Shown piece by piece: positions 5,821 to 12,729 of a DNA stretch of 12,729 bases (position 1 is its first letter; the number at the start of each line of letters is the position of its first letter). The stretch spans positions 1-12,729 of the forward strand of contig JBNJGP010000017.1 in assembly GCA_051747805.1 (NCBI GenBank), read 5' to 3'. The translations under genes and the position numbers were made by a program. This DNA is from Candidatus Muiribacteriota bacterium. Its GTDB lineage: Bacteria > Muiribacteriota > Muiribacteriia > Muiribacteriales > Muiribacteriaceae. Under the pieces are notes generated by a model. It was not told where the DNA came from and did not search any database. It saw only the letters and a list, made by a program, of their open reading frames with translations.

Positions 5821-7008
5821 TCAGATTTCTTTCAGAGCTTTTATTCCCGGTAGTATTTTTCCTTCAAGCATTTCAAGTGAGGCTCCGCCTCCTGTAGATA
5901 TATGTGTCATTTTGTCTTCAAGCTTAAATTTATTTACTGCCGCCGCAGAATCACCACCACCAATTATTGTTATAGAATTATTTAACCGGGATAAAAAATA
6001 TGCAACTTCTCTGGTGCCACTTTCAAAATTTGACACTTCAAAAACACCCATTGGTCCATTCCATACAACGATTCGGGCTTTTTTTATTTCTTCTTCAAAC
6101 ATTTTTATTGATTTTGGTCCAATATCCAGTCCCATATATCCTTCTGGAACTGATTTAATATCACATATAATTGTTTCAGAGTCTTCTCTAATTTCTTTAG
6201 AAGCAACAATGTCCACAGGCAAAAGTATTTTTTTGCCTTTTTCTTCCGCCTTTTTAAGAAATTTTTTTGCCTCTTCTATTTTATCCTGCTCAACAAGCGA
6301 GTTACCAGTTTCATAACCTAAAGCTTTTGCAAAAGTAAAAACCATTGCCCCACCAATTAAAAGCACATCTACTTTGTTTAGAAGATTTTCTATAACTCCA
6401 ATTTTTGAAGAAACTTTTGCTCCCCCTAAAATCGCCACAAATGGATGTTCTGGGTTCTTTAAATTATCTGAAAGCATTTTTATTTCTTTTTCCATTAAAA
6501 AACCTGCATATGCAGGAAGATATTTTGAAACACCTACATTTGACGCATGTTCTCTATGGGCTGTTCCAAAAGCATCATTTACAAAAACATCGGCAAGATT
6601 TGCGAGATTTTTTGAAAATTCCGGGTCATTTTTTTTCTCTCCAGAATAAAACCGGGTATTTTCAAGAAGTAAAACACCTCCTTTATCAAGGCTATCTATT
6701 TTTTGACTTACCTCTTGTCCATAACACTGATTAACTTTTATAACTTCAGCATTCAAGTGTCTAGAAAGCCTGTCAGCTACAGGGTCCATCTTAAGCTTTT
6801 CCCTGTCCTCGTCAGTTTTAGGGTTGCCCAGATGTGAGGCAAGAATTATTCTTGCCCCTTTATCTCTTAAATAATTTATTGTAGGAACTGCGCGAGTTAT
6901 TCTAGTATCATCAGTAACTTCCCCGTCTTTTAAAGGAACATTGAAATCAACTCTAATTAAAACCTTTTTTCCATCAGGTTCAAAATCTCTGATTGTTGCT
7001 TTAGGCAT
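5821..7008 (-). CDS. pgk: Phosphoglycerate kinase
   Basis: 395 aa with RVDFNVP, LLENTRF, VNDAFGTAHREHAS, GGAKV, WNGPMGVFE, GGGDS and HISTGGGASLE. AGGAGG SD upstream. Confidence 0.99.
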   Translation of the reverse strand: MPKATIRDFEPDGKKVLIRVDFNVPLKDGEVTDDTRITRAVPTINYLRDKGARIILASHLGNPKTDEDREKLKMDPVADRLSRHLNAEVIKVNQCYGQEVSQKIDSLDKGGVLLLENTRFYSGEKKNDPEFSKNLANLADVFVNDAFGTAHREHASNVGVSKYLPAYAGFLMEKEIKMLSDNLKNPEHPFVAILGGAKVSSKIGVIENLLNKVDVLLIGGAMVFTFAKALGYETGNSLVEQDKIEEAKKFLKKAEEKGKKILLPVDIVASKEIREDSETIICDIKSVPEGYMGLDIGPKSIKMFEEEIKKARIVVWNGPMGVFEVSNFESGTREVAYFLSRLNNSITIIGGGDSAAAVNKFKLEDKMTHISTGGGASLEMLEGKILPGIKALKEI

Positions 7009-7020
7009 TAAATCCTCCTG

Positions 7021-8025
7021 TTATTGCTTCGCCATATAAACCATTAAATCTTTCATTCTGCATGAGTATCCATATTCATTATCATACCATGCAAGAATTT
7101 TTATCATATTTTTACCCATAACACTTGTGTTATCAGCATCAACAACCGAAGAGTTTTTTTCGCCAACAAAATCAACTGAAACAAGTGGTTCTTCACTGAA
7201 TCGAAGTATTCCTTTTAAATTGCCTTCTGCCGCCTCTTTTAATTTGTTATTAACTTCCTCGGTGTTCGTTTCTTTTTCAACCTCTAATACTACATCTACA
7301 AGAGAAACATTACTTGTTGGAACTCTTACAGCTATTCCATCAAGTTTACCCTTAACTTCAGGAATAACCAGTCCCACAGCTTTAGCCGCCCCAGTTGTTG
7401 TAGGTATCATTGAAATTGCCGCTGCCCGCGCTCTTCGCAAATCACTGTGTGGTGCATCAAGTATTTTCTGATCACTTGTATAAGAATGAATTGTTGTCAT
7501 CAACCCCTGTTTTACGGTGAAGTTATCATTTATAACTTTAGTTACAGGCGCCAGACAGTTTGTGGTGCAGGATGCATTTGAAACAATATTATCTGTATCT
7601 GCATTATATTTTTCTTCATTTACACCTAACACAAAAGTTGGTACGTCAGAGCTTTTTGCAGGTGCTGAAATTATTACTTTCTTTGCTCCTGCTGTAATAT
7701 GCCCCTGAGCTTTATCTTTTGTTCTGAAAAGACCAGTACATTCTGCCACACATTCTATACCAAGATCTTTCCAGGGAAGAGTTGCCGGATCTTTTTGACT
7801 GAAAATTTTTATTGTTTTACCTTCTACAATAATAGATTCATCAGTATAGGAAATATTTTTATCAAATTTTCCATGAACTGAATCATATTTTAGCAAATGT
7901 GCAAGTGTTTTTGCATCTGTTAAATCATTTATTGCAACTACCTCAATTTCAGGGTCTGTAAAAGCTTCCCTGAATACAAGTCTACCAATTCTTCCAAAAC
8001 CATTGATTGCTGCTTTTAATGCCAT
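7021..8025 (-). CDS. gap: Type I glyceraldehyde-3-phosphate dehydrogenase (probably NAD-dependent)
   Basis: 334 aa with INGFGRIGR, SNASCTTNCLAP, PTTTGAAKAV and WYDNEYGYS. The Asp in NDL and the Pro in DAPH suggest NAD specificity. AGGAGG SD upstream. Confidence 0.99.
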   Translation of the reverse strand: MALKAAINGFGRIGRLVFREAFTDPEIEVVAINDLTDAKTLAHLLKYDSVHGKFDKNISYTDESIIVEGKTIKIFSQKDPATLPWKDLGIECVAECTGLFRTKDKAQGHITAGAKKVIISAPAKSSDVPTFVLGVNEEKYNADTDNIVSNASCTTNCLAPVTKVINDNFTVKQGLMTTIHSYTSDQKILDAPHSDLRRARAAAISMIPTTTGAAKAVGLVIPEVKGKLDGIAVRVPTSNVSLVDVVLEVEKETNTEEVNNKLKEAAEGNLKGILRFSEEPLVSVDFVGEKNSSVVDADNTSVMGKNMIKILAWYDNEYGYSCRMKDLMVYMAKQ

Positions 8026-8060
8026 TTTTCCTCCTGTTTAATTTTTTTGTTTTTTCTTTC

Positions 8061-10235
8061 TTAACTATCCTTTTTCTTCATTGCTTTTTTAAGCTTATCA
8101 CCAACAGATACGCCGCCGGCTTCTTCGTCACCATTATCAATTAAAAATTCTTTGGCTACTTTTCCAAACTGTGCTTCCTTAAGCGAAAGCTTAATATTTC
8201 TTTCATCAACCTGATTTTCAATAATTCTTGCCTCAATTTCTTCTTCAGGTTTAACTACTTCTTCAGCATTTTCTATTCTTTCATCTGATAGTTCAGAAAT
8301 ATGTATAAAACCATTTATTCCTTTTTCAAGCTCAACTTTTATACCATATTTTAAAATTTCTTTTACTTTACATTTTACATTAATTCCCTGTGTGTATTTC
8401 AAAAAGGGGTCTTCTTCAAGCTGTTTTATACCAAGTGCAATCTGTCTTTTTATCAGATCATAGGAAAGCACTTTCACCTTTATCTTTTCATCTTTTGAAA
8501 AAAGTTCTGCCGGGTTATTAACTTTTTCTGTCCAGGAAATATCTGAAACATGAACAAGCCCCTCTACTCCATCTTCAATTTCAACAAAAATACCAAAGTT
8601 CTTAATATTTTTTACTGTCCCCTCGATAATTTCTCCTTCCGGATACTTTGCTGTTAAAATTTGAAGAGGGTCTTTTTGAAGTTGTTTTAACCCAAGTGCG
8701 ATTTTTCTATTTTCAAAATCTGCAGAAATAATTTGAGCCTTAATTTCTTCGCCTACTTTTAAAACATCTGCCGGATTATTTACTTTTTTGGTCCATGAAA
8801 AATCTGAAATATGTAAAAGACCTTCTATTCCTTCTTCAAGCTCTAAAAAAGCTCCAAATTTCGAAAGCCCTGTAACTCTGGTTTTTATAATTTCGCCTTC
8901 TTTATATTTTTTATTTGCATTAATCCAGGGATCAGGTGTTGTCTGCTTAATTCCAAACTTCAGTTTTCTTTCCTCTCTGCTTACTTCGAGTACAACAGCT
9001 TTTACCCTTTCACCGTTACCTACAAATTCTGAGGGATGTGCATTTTTTCTACTCCAGCTCATATCACTTACATGAATAAAACCCTCAAGCCCGTTTCCAA
9101 TATCAAGAAAAGCCCCTGAATTAATTATTTTAGAAATAACTCCCTCAACAAGTGAGTTAAGAGGACATAACTCCTCAATTTTCTGCCACGGATCAGGGGT
9201 AAGCTGCTTTATGCCCAAGGCTATTTTTTTGTTTTCTGAGTCTATTTCTAGAATTTTCACCTTTATTTTTTCACCTTTTTTAATTATTTCTGAGGGACTT
9301 GCAACTTTTTTCCAGCTCATATCACTTACGTGAAGTAACCCTTCAAGTCCAGGGGTAATTTCAATAAAAGCCCCATAGGACATAATAGATTTAACCTCAC
9401 CCTCGATAACTTCTCCTGGATAGAATTTTTCATCGATAACAGACCATGGTTCTGGAGTTTTCTGTTTTAATCCAACAGAAATTCTAAACTTTTCTTTATC
9501 AAGGTCTAAAATAACTCCCTCAACATCATCTCCAGCATTCAGTATATCAGTTACCTTATTTATTCTACCCCAGGATATATCTGTAATATGCAGAAGTCCT
9601 TCGACTCCTCCAAAATCAATAAATGCCCCGTAATCTTTAATATTTGAAACTTTACCAGAAACCAGGTCACCTTTTTCTTTTCCTTCAAAAATGTTTTCCC
9701 AGGCCTCTTCTTTCTTTTTATCTTCAAGGGCTCTATTTGAAACAACTATATTTTTAGATTTTTTATTTATTTCTATTATTAAAAAGTTCTTTTCTGTTCC
9801 TTCGGCCTTTCCCTCGATTTTCCCAACCTGTGAACGTGGTAAAAATGCTGTAACATTATTATCAAACAACACTTGATAACCACCTTTTATTTTACGGTTT
9901 ATTGTACCTTTTACAGATTCTTCATTTACATTAGCCTTAATAAGTTTTTCCCATATTTCTTTGCGCAAAGCCTCTTTATAAGATAAAATCACACTTCCGC
10001 CGGCATCATCCAGCCTTATAACCATGGTTTTTATCTCCTGGCCCTCTTCTGGTATTTCATTATTTGTTTCAAATTCGGATATTTTTATTTTGCCTTCTGA
10101 TTTATATCCAATATCAACAAAAAGTTCTTCGGGCGTTTTTTTAACTACTGTCCCCTTAACAATATTTCCTCTGGAAATATTTTCAAACCGGGATAGAGCT
10201 TCTTCCATCATTTGTTTTGTGTTATTTTCTTCCAT
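8061..10235 (-). CDS. rpsA: 30S ribosomal protein S1, extended form with eight S1 domains
   Basis: 724 aa. Two N-terminal S1-like domains (VDIGYKSEG and AFLPRSQV...NIVVS) followed by six GAF/GIF...EGLLH(V/I)SD-type repeats with His at aa 216, 302, 388, 475, 562 and 645. Lies directly after ispH. Confidence 0.95.
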   Translation of the reverse strand: MEENNTKQMMEEALSRFENISRGNIVKGTVVKKTPEELFVDIGYKSEGKIKISEFETNNEIPEEGQEIKTMVIRLDDAGGSVILSYKEALRKEIWEKLIKANVNEESVKGTINRKIKGGYQVLFDNNVTAFLPRSQVGKIEGKAEGTEKNFLIIEINKKSKNIVVSNRALEDKKKEEAWENIFEGKEKGDLVSGKVSNIKDYGAFIDFGGVEGLLHITDISWGRINKVTDILNAGDDVEGVILDLDKEKFRISVGLKQKTPEPWSVIDEKFYPGEVIEGEVKSIMSYGAFIEITPGLEGLLHVSDMSWKKVASPSEIIKKGEKIKVKILEIDSENKKIALGIKQLTPDPWQKIEELCPLNSLVEGVISKIINSGAFLDIGNGLEGFIHVSDMSWSRKNAHPSEFVGNGERVKAVVLEVSREERKLKFGIKQTTPDPWINANKKYKEGEIIKTRVTGLSKFGAFLELEEGIEGLLHISDFSWTKKVNNPADVLKVGEEIKAQIISADFENRKIALGLKQLQKDPLQILTAKYPEGEIIEGTVKNIKNFGIFVEIEDGVEGLVHVSDISWTEKVNNPAELFSKDEKIKVKVLSYDLIKRQIALGIKQLEEDPFLKYTQGINVKCKVKEILKYGIKVELEKGINGFIHISELSDERIENAEEVVKPEEEIEARIIENQVDERNIKLSLKEAQFGKVAKEFLIDNGDEEAGGVSVGDKLKKAMKKKDS

Positions 10236-10236
10236 A

Positions 10237-11112
10237 TTAATATACCTTTTCCTCTTGAAATTTTAATTTAATCCTATCATATGTTTTCTTTATTGACCAG
10301 ATGGGCGTTGAGGCCCCAGCTGTAATTCCAATTTTTTTATATTTTTTTAAAGTATTAAAGTTTAACTCCTCTGCCTTTTCAATCCATATAACATTTTTAC
10401 AGATTTGTTTACATATTTCAACTAATCTTTTTGTGTTTGCACTATTGTAACCACCTACTACTATCATACAGTCACTCTCTCCTGCAAGTGAGATTGCCGA
10501 CTCCTGTCTTAACTGTGTAGCAGAGCATATTGTATAATAATATGTAAATTCCCGGTTATCTTTTTTTAATAAATTTACACATTTTTCAAAAGTTTCTTTA
10601 TTCTGAGTTGTCTGTGCAATAATTCCTATTTTGCCATTTATATCGGGAAGAATTTCTTTTAAATGAATTTCATTCTTAATAATTATACCTTTATAATCAG
10701 TATAAGAATGTATTCCTTTGACCTCTGGATGATTTTTATCCCCAAGAATAATTACTTTATATCCTCTATCATAATAATCCTGCCCTACTTCTTTGGCCTT
10801 TTTCACAAATGGACAAGTTGCATCAACAACATTATACCCTTTATCTGTAAGTTTTTCTTTTAAATCCTTTTCAATACCATGACTTCTTATAATAAGTGTT
10901 GAGCCTTTTTCAGTATTTTTAATAATATCTTCTGAAACTTCATATATACCCTTTTCTTCAAGTGCTTTTACCACAAGCGGATTATGTATTAAGGGACCAA
11001 GTGTATATATATTTTTTTTAAATTTATTCAAAGTATCAAAAGCAATTTTTTCTGCCCTTTCAACCCCGAAACAAAAACCTGCTTTATCTGCTATTTTAAT
11101 TATTCTTTTCAT
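10237..11112 (-). CDS. ispH: 4-hydroxy-3-methylbut-2-enyl diphosphate reductase (IspH/LytB)
   Basis: Three Fe-S cysteines (GFCFGV, DATCPFV, TICSATQLRQ) plus LIHN, RSHG, HPEV, QTT, NSANT and TAGASTP. Start moved from the track's 11163 to the ATG at 11112 (MKRIIKIAD, 291 aa), which has an AAGGTGG SD and matches the usual N-terminus. Confidence 0.97.
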   Translation of the reverse strand: MKRIIKIADKAGFCFGVERAEKIAFDTLNKFKKNIYTLGPLIHNPLVVKALEEKGIYEVSEDIIKNTEKGSTLIIRSHGIEKDLKEKLTDKGYNVVDATCPFVKKAKEVGQDYYDRGYKVIILGDKNHPEVKGIHSYTDYKGIIIKNEIHLKEILPDINGKIGIIAQTTQNKETFEKCVNLLKKDNREFTYYYTICSATQLRQESAISLAGESDCMIVVGGYNSANTKRLVEICKQICKNVIWIEKAEELNFNTLKKYKKIGITAGASTPIWSIKKTYDRIKLKFQEEKVY

Positions 11113-11524
11113 CAAGTTCCACCTTATACTTAACAAGGTTATTTTTTTTTGCCCATTTATCAAAAAAAACTGTTATGAACAATCCTACAAACAAGGCTGC
11201 TAACCCGGTAAAAAACTGTATTAGCTCACTAAAATTTAAAAAATACATTAGAAATATTCCAAGCGAAAAAAACAAAACAGGCACACAATAAATTACAAAC
11301 AATACTATATATGGAGAAGTTCCCAGATTAACAGTGAGCTTGACTTTGTCATCAACCTGAAGTTTATCTTCAGACGCATTAAGAGGTACTTCGACAATCT
11401 CTTTTCTGGAAGTATTTTCTAAACATACATCGGCAGAATGACATTCAGCACATGCACTGTTTCTAATATGTTCAAGAAATAATTTATCACCCTGTATATT
11501 TTTCACAATAGCACAGGTTCTCAT
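11096..11524 (-). CDS. rseC: SoxR-reducing system RseC/MucC family membrane protein
   Basis: Start moved to the ATG at 11524 (MRTCAIVKNIQG, 142 aa; GGAG SD). Contains RNSACAECHSADVC (C-x2-C-x5-C), a beta-rich segment (QVDDKVKL), then IYCVPVLFF and two TM helices, which is the RseC layout. Confidence 0.82.
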   Translation of the reverse strand: MRTCAIVKNIQGDKLFLEHIRNSACAECHSADVCLENTSRKEIVEVPLNASEDKLQVDDKVKLTVNLGTSPYIVLFVIYCVPVLFFSLGIFLMYFLNFSELIQFFTGLAALFVGLFITVFFDKWAKKNNLVKYKVELDEKNN

Positions 11525-11600
11525 CAGCTCTCCGCAAAAATTCAACCTTAGGTTTTTCGTGATAATTGTTAATTGCTCTTCAAAACCCTTTACTTTTAAA

Positions 11601-11629
11601 AATTTATCATATACTATTTTAATATGCAA
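11601..11629 (-). promoter_or_regulatory. Weak candidate sigma-70 promoter for the rseC-ispH-rpsA-gap-pgk-tpiA cluster
   Basis: On the minus strand: TTGCAT-N17-TAAATT with an extended-10 TG. The match is partial and the DNA is AT-rich. Confidence 0.25.
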
Positions 11630-12376
11630 GATGAATTTAATATTGAAAAAATATCAAAAGAAAAATTCAAGATAATATGGGGAACTGGAACTAACTCCTC
11701 TGAATATTTATATGACAGAGATATGATTGATTTTATAAACTGCCTTGAAACATCCCTTGAAAAGATAAAAGATGTAACTCGGACAGTAAAAACCGAACAA
11801 ATTGCAATATCAAAACATAATAAATCTCATAAAATATGGTCTTATAAAAACGGTACACTGCAAATTGAATGGGGAAATTTAATCCGTAAAACTTCTTTAG
11901 ATGATGTTGAAAATGCTTTTAAATCTTTTTCTAAACTTAGAAAAGAACTTATATTACAACAGGAAAAAGAAGAAGAAGAATTTCGTGAAAAATTTCAAGT
12001 TGTAAAAAAATTTTTTATTGCCGGTATGGTTAGCCTGTTTTTTGCCGTAGCATCAACCGCAATTTTTATTGTGTTTTTGTTTTTTATAATAGAGCTTGCT
12101 ATTTACGCTTTTATAGTTATGGCCTTAACGTGGATAGCTTTTGCACTATTTTATTATTTTCAACAAAAAAATGTTAAGGGACTTATTGAACATTCCGGCG
12201 AACAAATGGGCGAAACAGTGCTTCCAATGCTTTCAAGTATTCCAAATAACCGTAAAATTGTCGAGATGCTTACAATTTTCTTTATTGTATTTGTTTTTAT
12301 GGCAATTTATTTTTCCAAAACAATTCCAACAATTCTTGACAAACTTGGTGATCCCGGGCACGGTATAGGGTTTTAG
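11624..12376 (+). CDS. Hypothetical membrane protein (soluble N-terminus, about three TM helices)
   Basis: 250-aa ORF with a long hydrophobic stretch (FFIAGMVSLFF...AFALFYYF, two helices) and a third helix (MLTIFFIVFVFMAIYF). No family recognised. No SD seen. Confidence 0.75.
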   Translation: MQDEFNIEKISKEKFKIIWGTGTNSSEYLYDRDMIDFINCLETSLEKIKDVTRTVKTEQIAISKHNKSHKIWSYKNGTLQIEWGNLIRKTSLDDVENAFKSFSKLRKELILQQEKEEEEFREKFQVVKKFFIAGMVSLFFAVASTAIFIVFLFFIIELAIYAFIVMALTWIAFALFYYFQQKNVKGLIEHSGEQMGETVLPMLSSIPNNRKIVEMLTIFFIVFVFMAIYFSKTIPTILDKLGDPGHGIGF

Positions 12377-12729
12377 GTTATTTTATTTAAATATTTTGCA
12401 AGTTCTTCAGTTCTTTCATTATTATTTTTAATACTTTCATCAATACTTGTAACAGCCATTTTTATCATATTTTGCTTTATATTATCTTCTGGTATTTTCC
12501 CTTCTTTAATGGAAGCTTTAAGTTGCATTGCCCGTCTGCCTATATCCTGACTTTCTGAAACATAATTTTGAATAATTTTTAAAAAAGTTTCAATATCTTC
12601 TATACTTAACTGTTGCTTTTCAACTTCTTTTTCTTTTTCCATTTTTTGTCCTCCCTCTTCCTTTAAAATATCCTCACTTTTTTGTTCACTGCTTTCCCTT
12701 TGGGGTTTTTCTGACACTTCTTCTTTTTT
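12373..12729 (-). CDS. Hypothetical protein, C-terminal part only (5'-truncated by the window edge)
   Basis: The frame is open to the right edge (AAA AAA GAA GAA before the GTG at 12717), so the listed start is probably internal. It encodes an E/K-rich linker and an amphipathic helical C-terminus. Confidence 0.7.
   Translation of the reverse strand, partial: KKEEVSEKPQRESSEQKSEDILKEEGGQKMEKEKEVEKQQLSIEDIETFLKIIQNYVSESQDIGRRAMQLKASIKEGKIPEDNIKQNMIKMAVTSIDESIKNNNERTEELAKYLNKIT

Noticed and set aside
5807..5863. Thermotoga-like PGK-TPI fusion by -1 frameshift
   Set aside because: The tpiA frame is -1 relative to pgk and is open for 19 codons upstream, but there is no X-XXY-YYZ or A-AAG slippery site, and tpiA has its own SD. 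An open stretch this long can arise by chance.
11113..11629. Longer starts given in the ORF track for ispH (11163) and rseC (11629)
   Set aside because: The extensions have no family similarity and create larger or head-to-head overlaps. The downstream ATGs at 11112 and 11524 have SD sequences and typical N-termini.
1652..12368. Short overlapping or antisense ORFs in the track (e.g. 1652-1861, 1800-2051, 3822-4049, 4053-4361, 5397-5609, 5723-6316, 6374-6734, 7127-7881, 8788-9075, 9560-9876, 10024-10266, 10663-10863, 12141-12368)
   Set aside because: All lie within or opposite well-supported genes, have shadow-frame composition (S/F/I-rich or K/R-rich) and show no recognisable motifs.

Overview
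AT-rich bacterial chromosomal window using the standard genetic code (TGA is the pgk stop; Trp is TGG). Left to right: (i) about 680 bp of non-coding DNA holding a hierarchical tandem repeat (48-bp units built from 10-mers and 7-mers), a 68-bp direct repeat at 563-bp spacing and a chain of hairpins between the copies; (ii) a RidA-family gene (-) divergent from an exported TPR protein gene (+); (iii) comEA-like and comEC competence genes (+) preceded by a well-formed sigma-54-type -24/-12 motif; (iv) a tightly packed minus-strand cluster rseC-ispH-rpsA-gap-pgk-tpiA; (v) a hypothetical membrane protein (+) and a 5'-truncated hypothetical gene (-). The best-supported oddities are an rpsA that encodes eight S1 domains instead of six or fewer, the structured repeat-bounded element at 1-660 (which may continue left of the window), the sigma-54 motif in front of comEA-comEC, and rseC at the head of the ispH-rpsA-glycolysis cluster. 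No transposase, integrase, reverse transcriptase, CRISPR array, rRNA or tRNA was seen. All family calls come from motif recognition by eye, with no database search.
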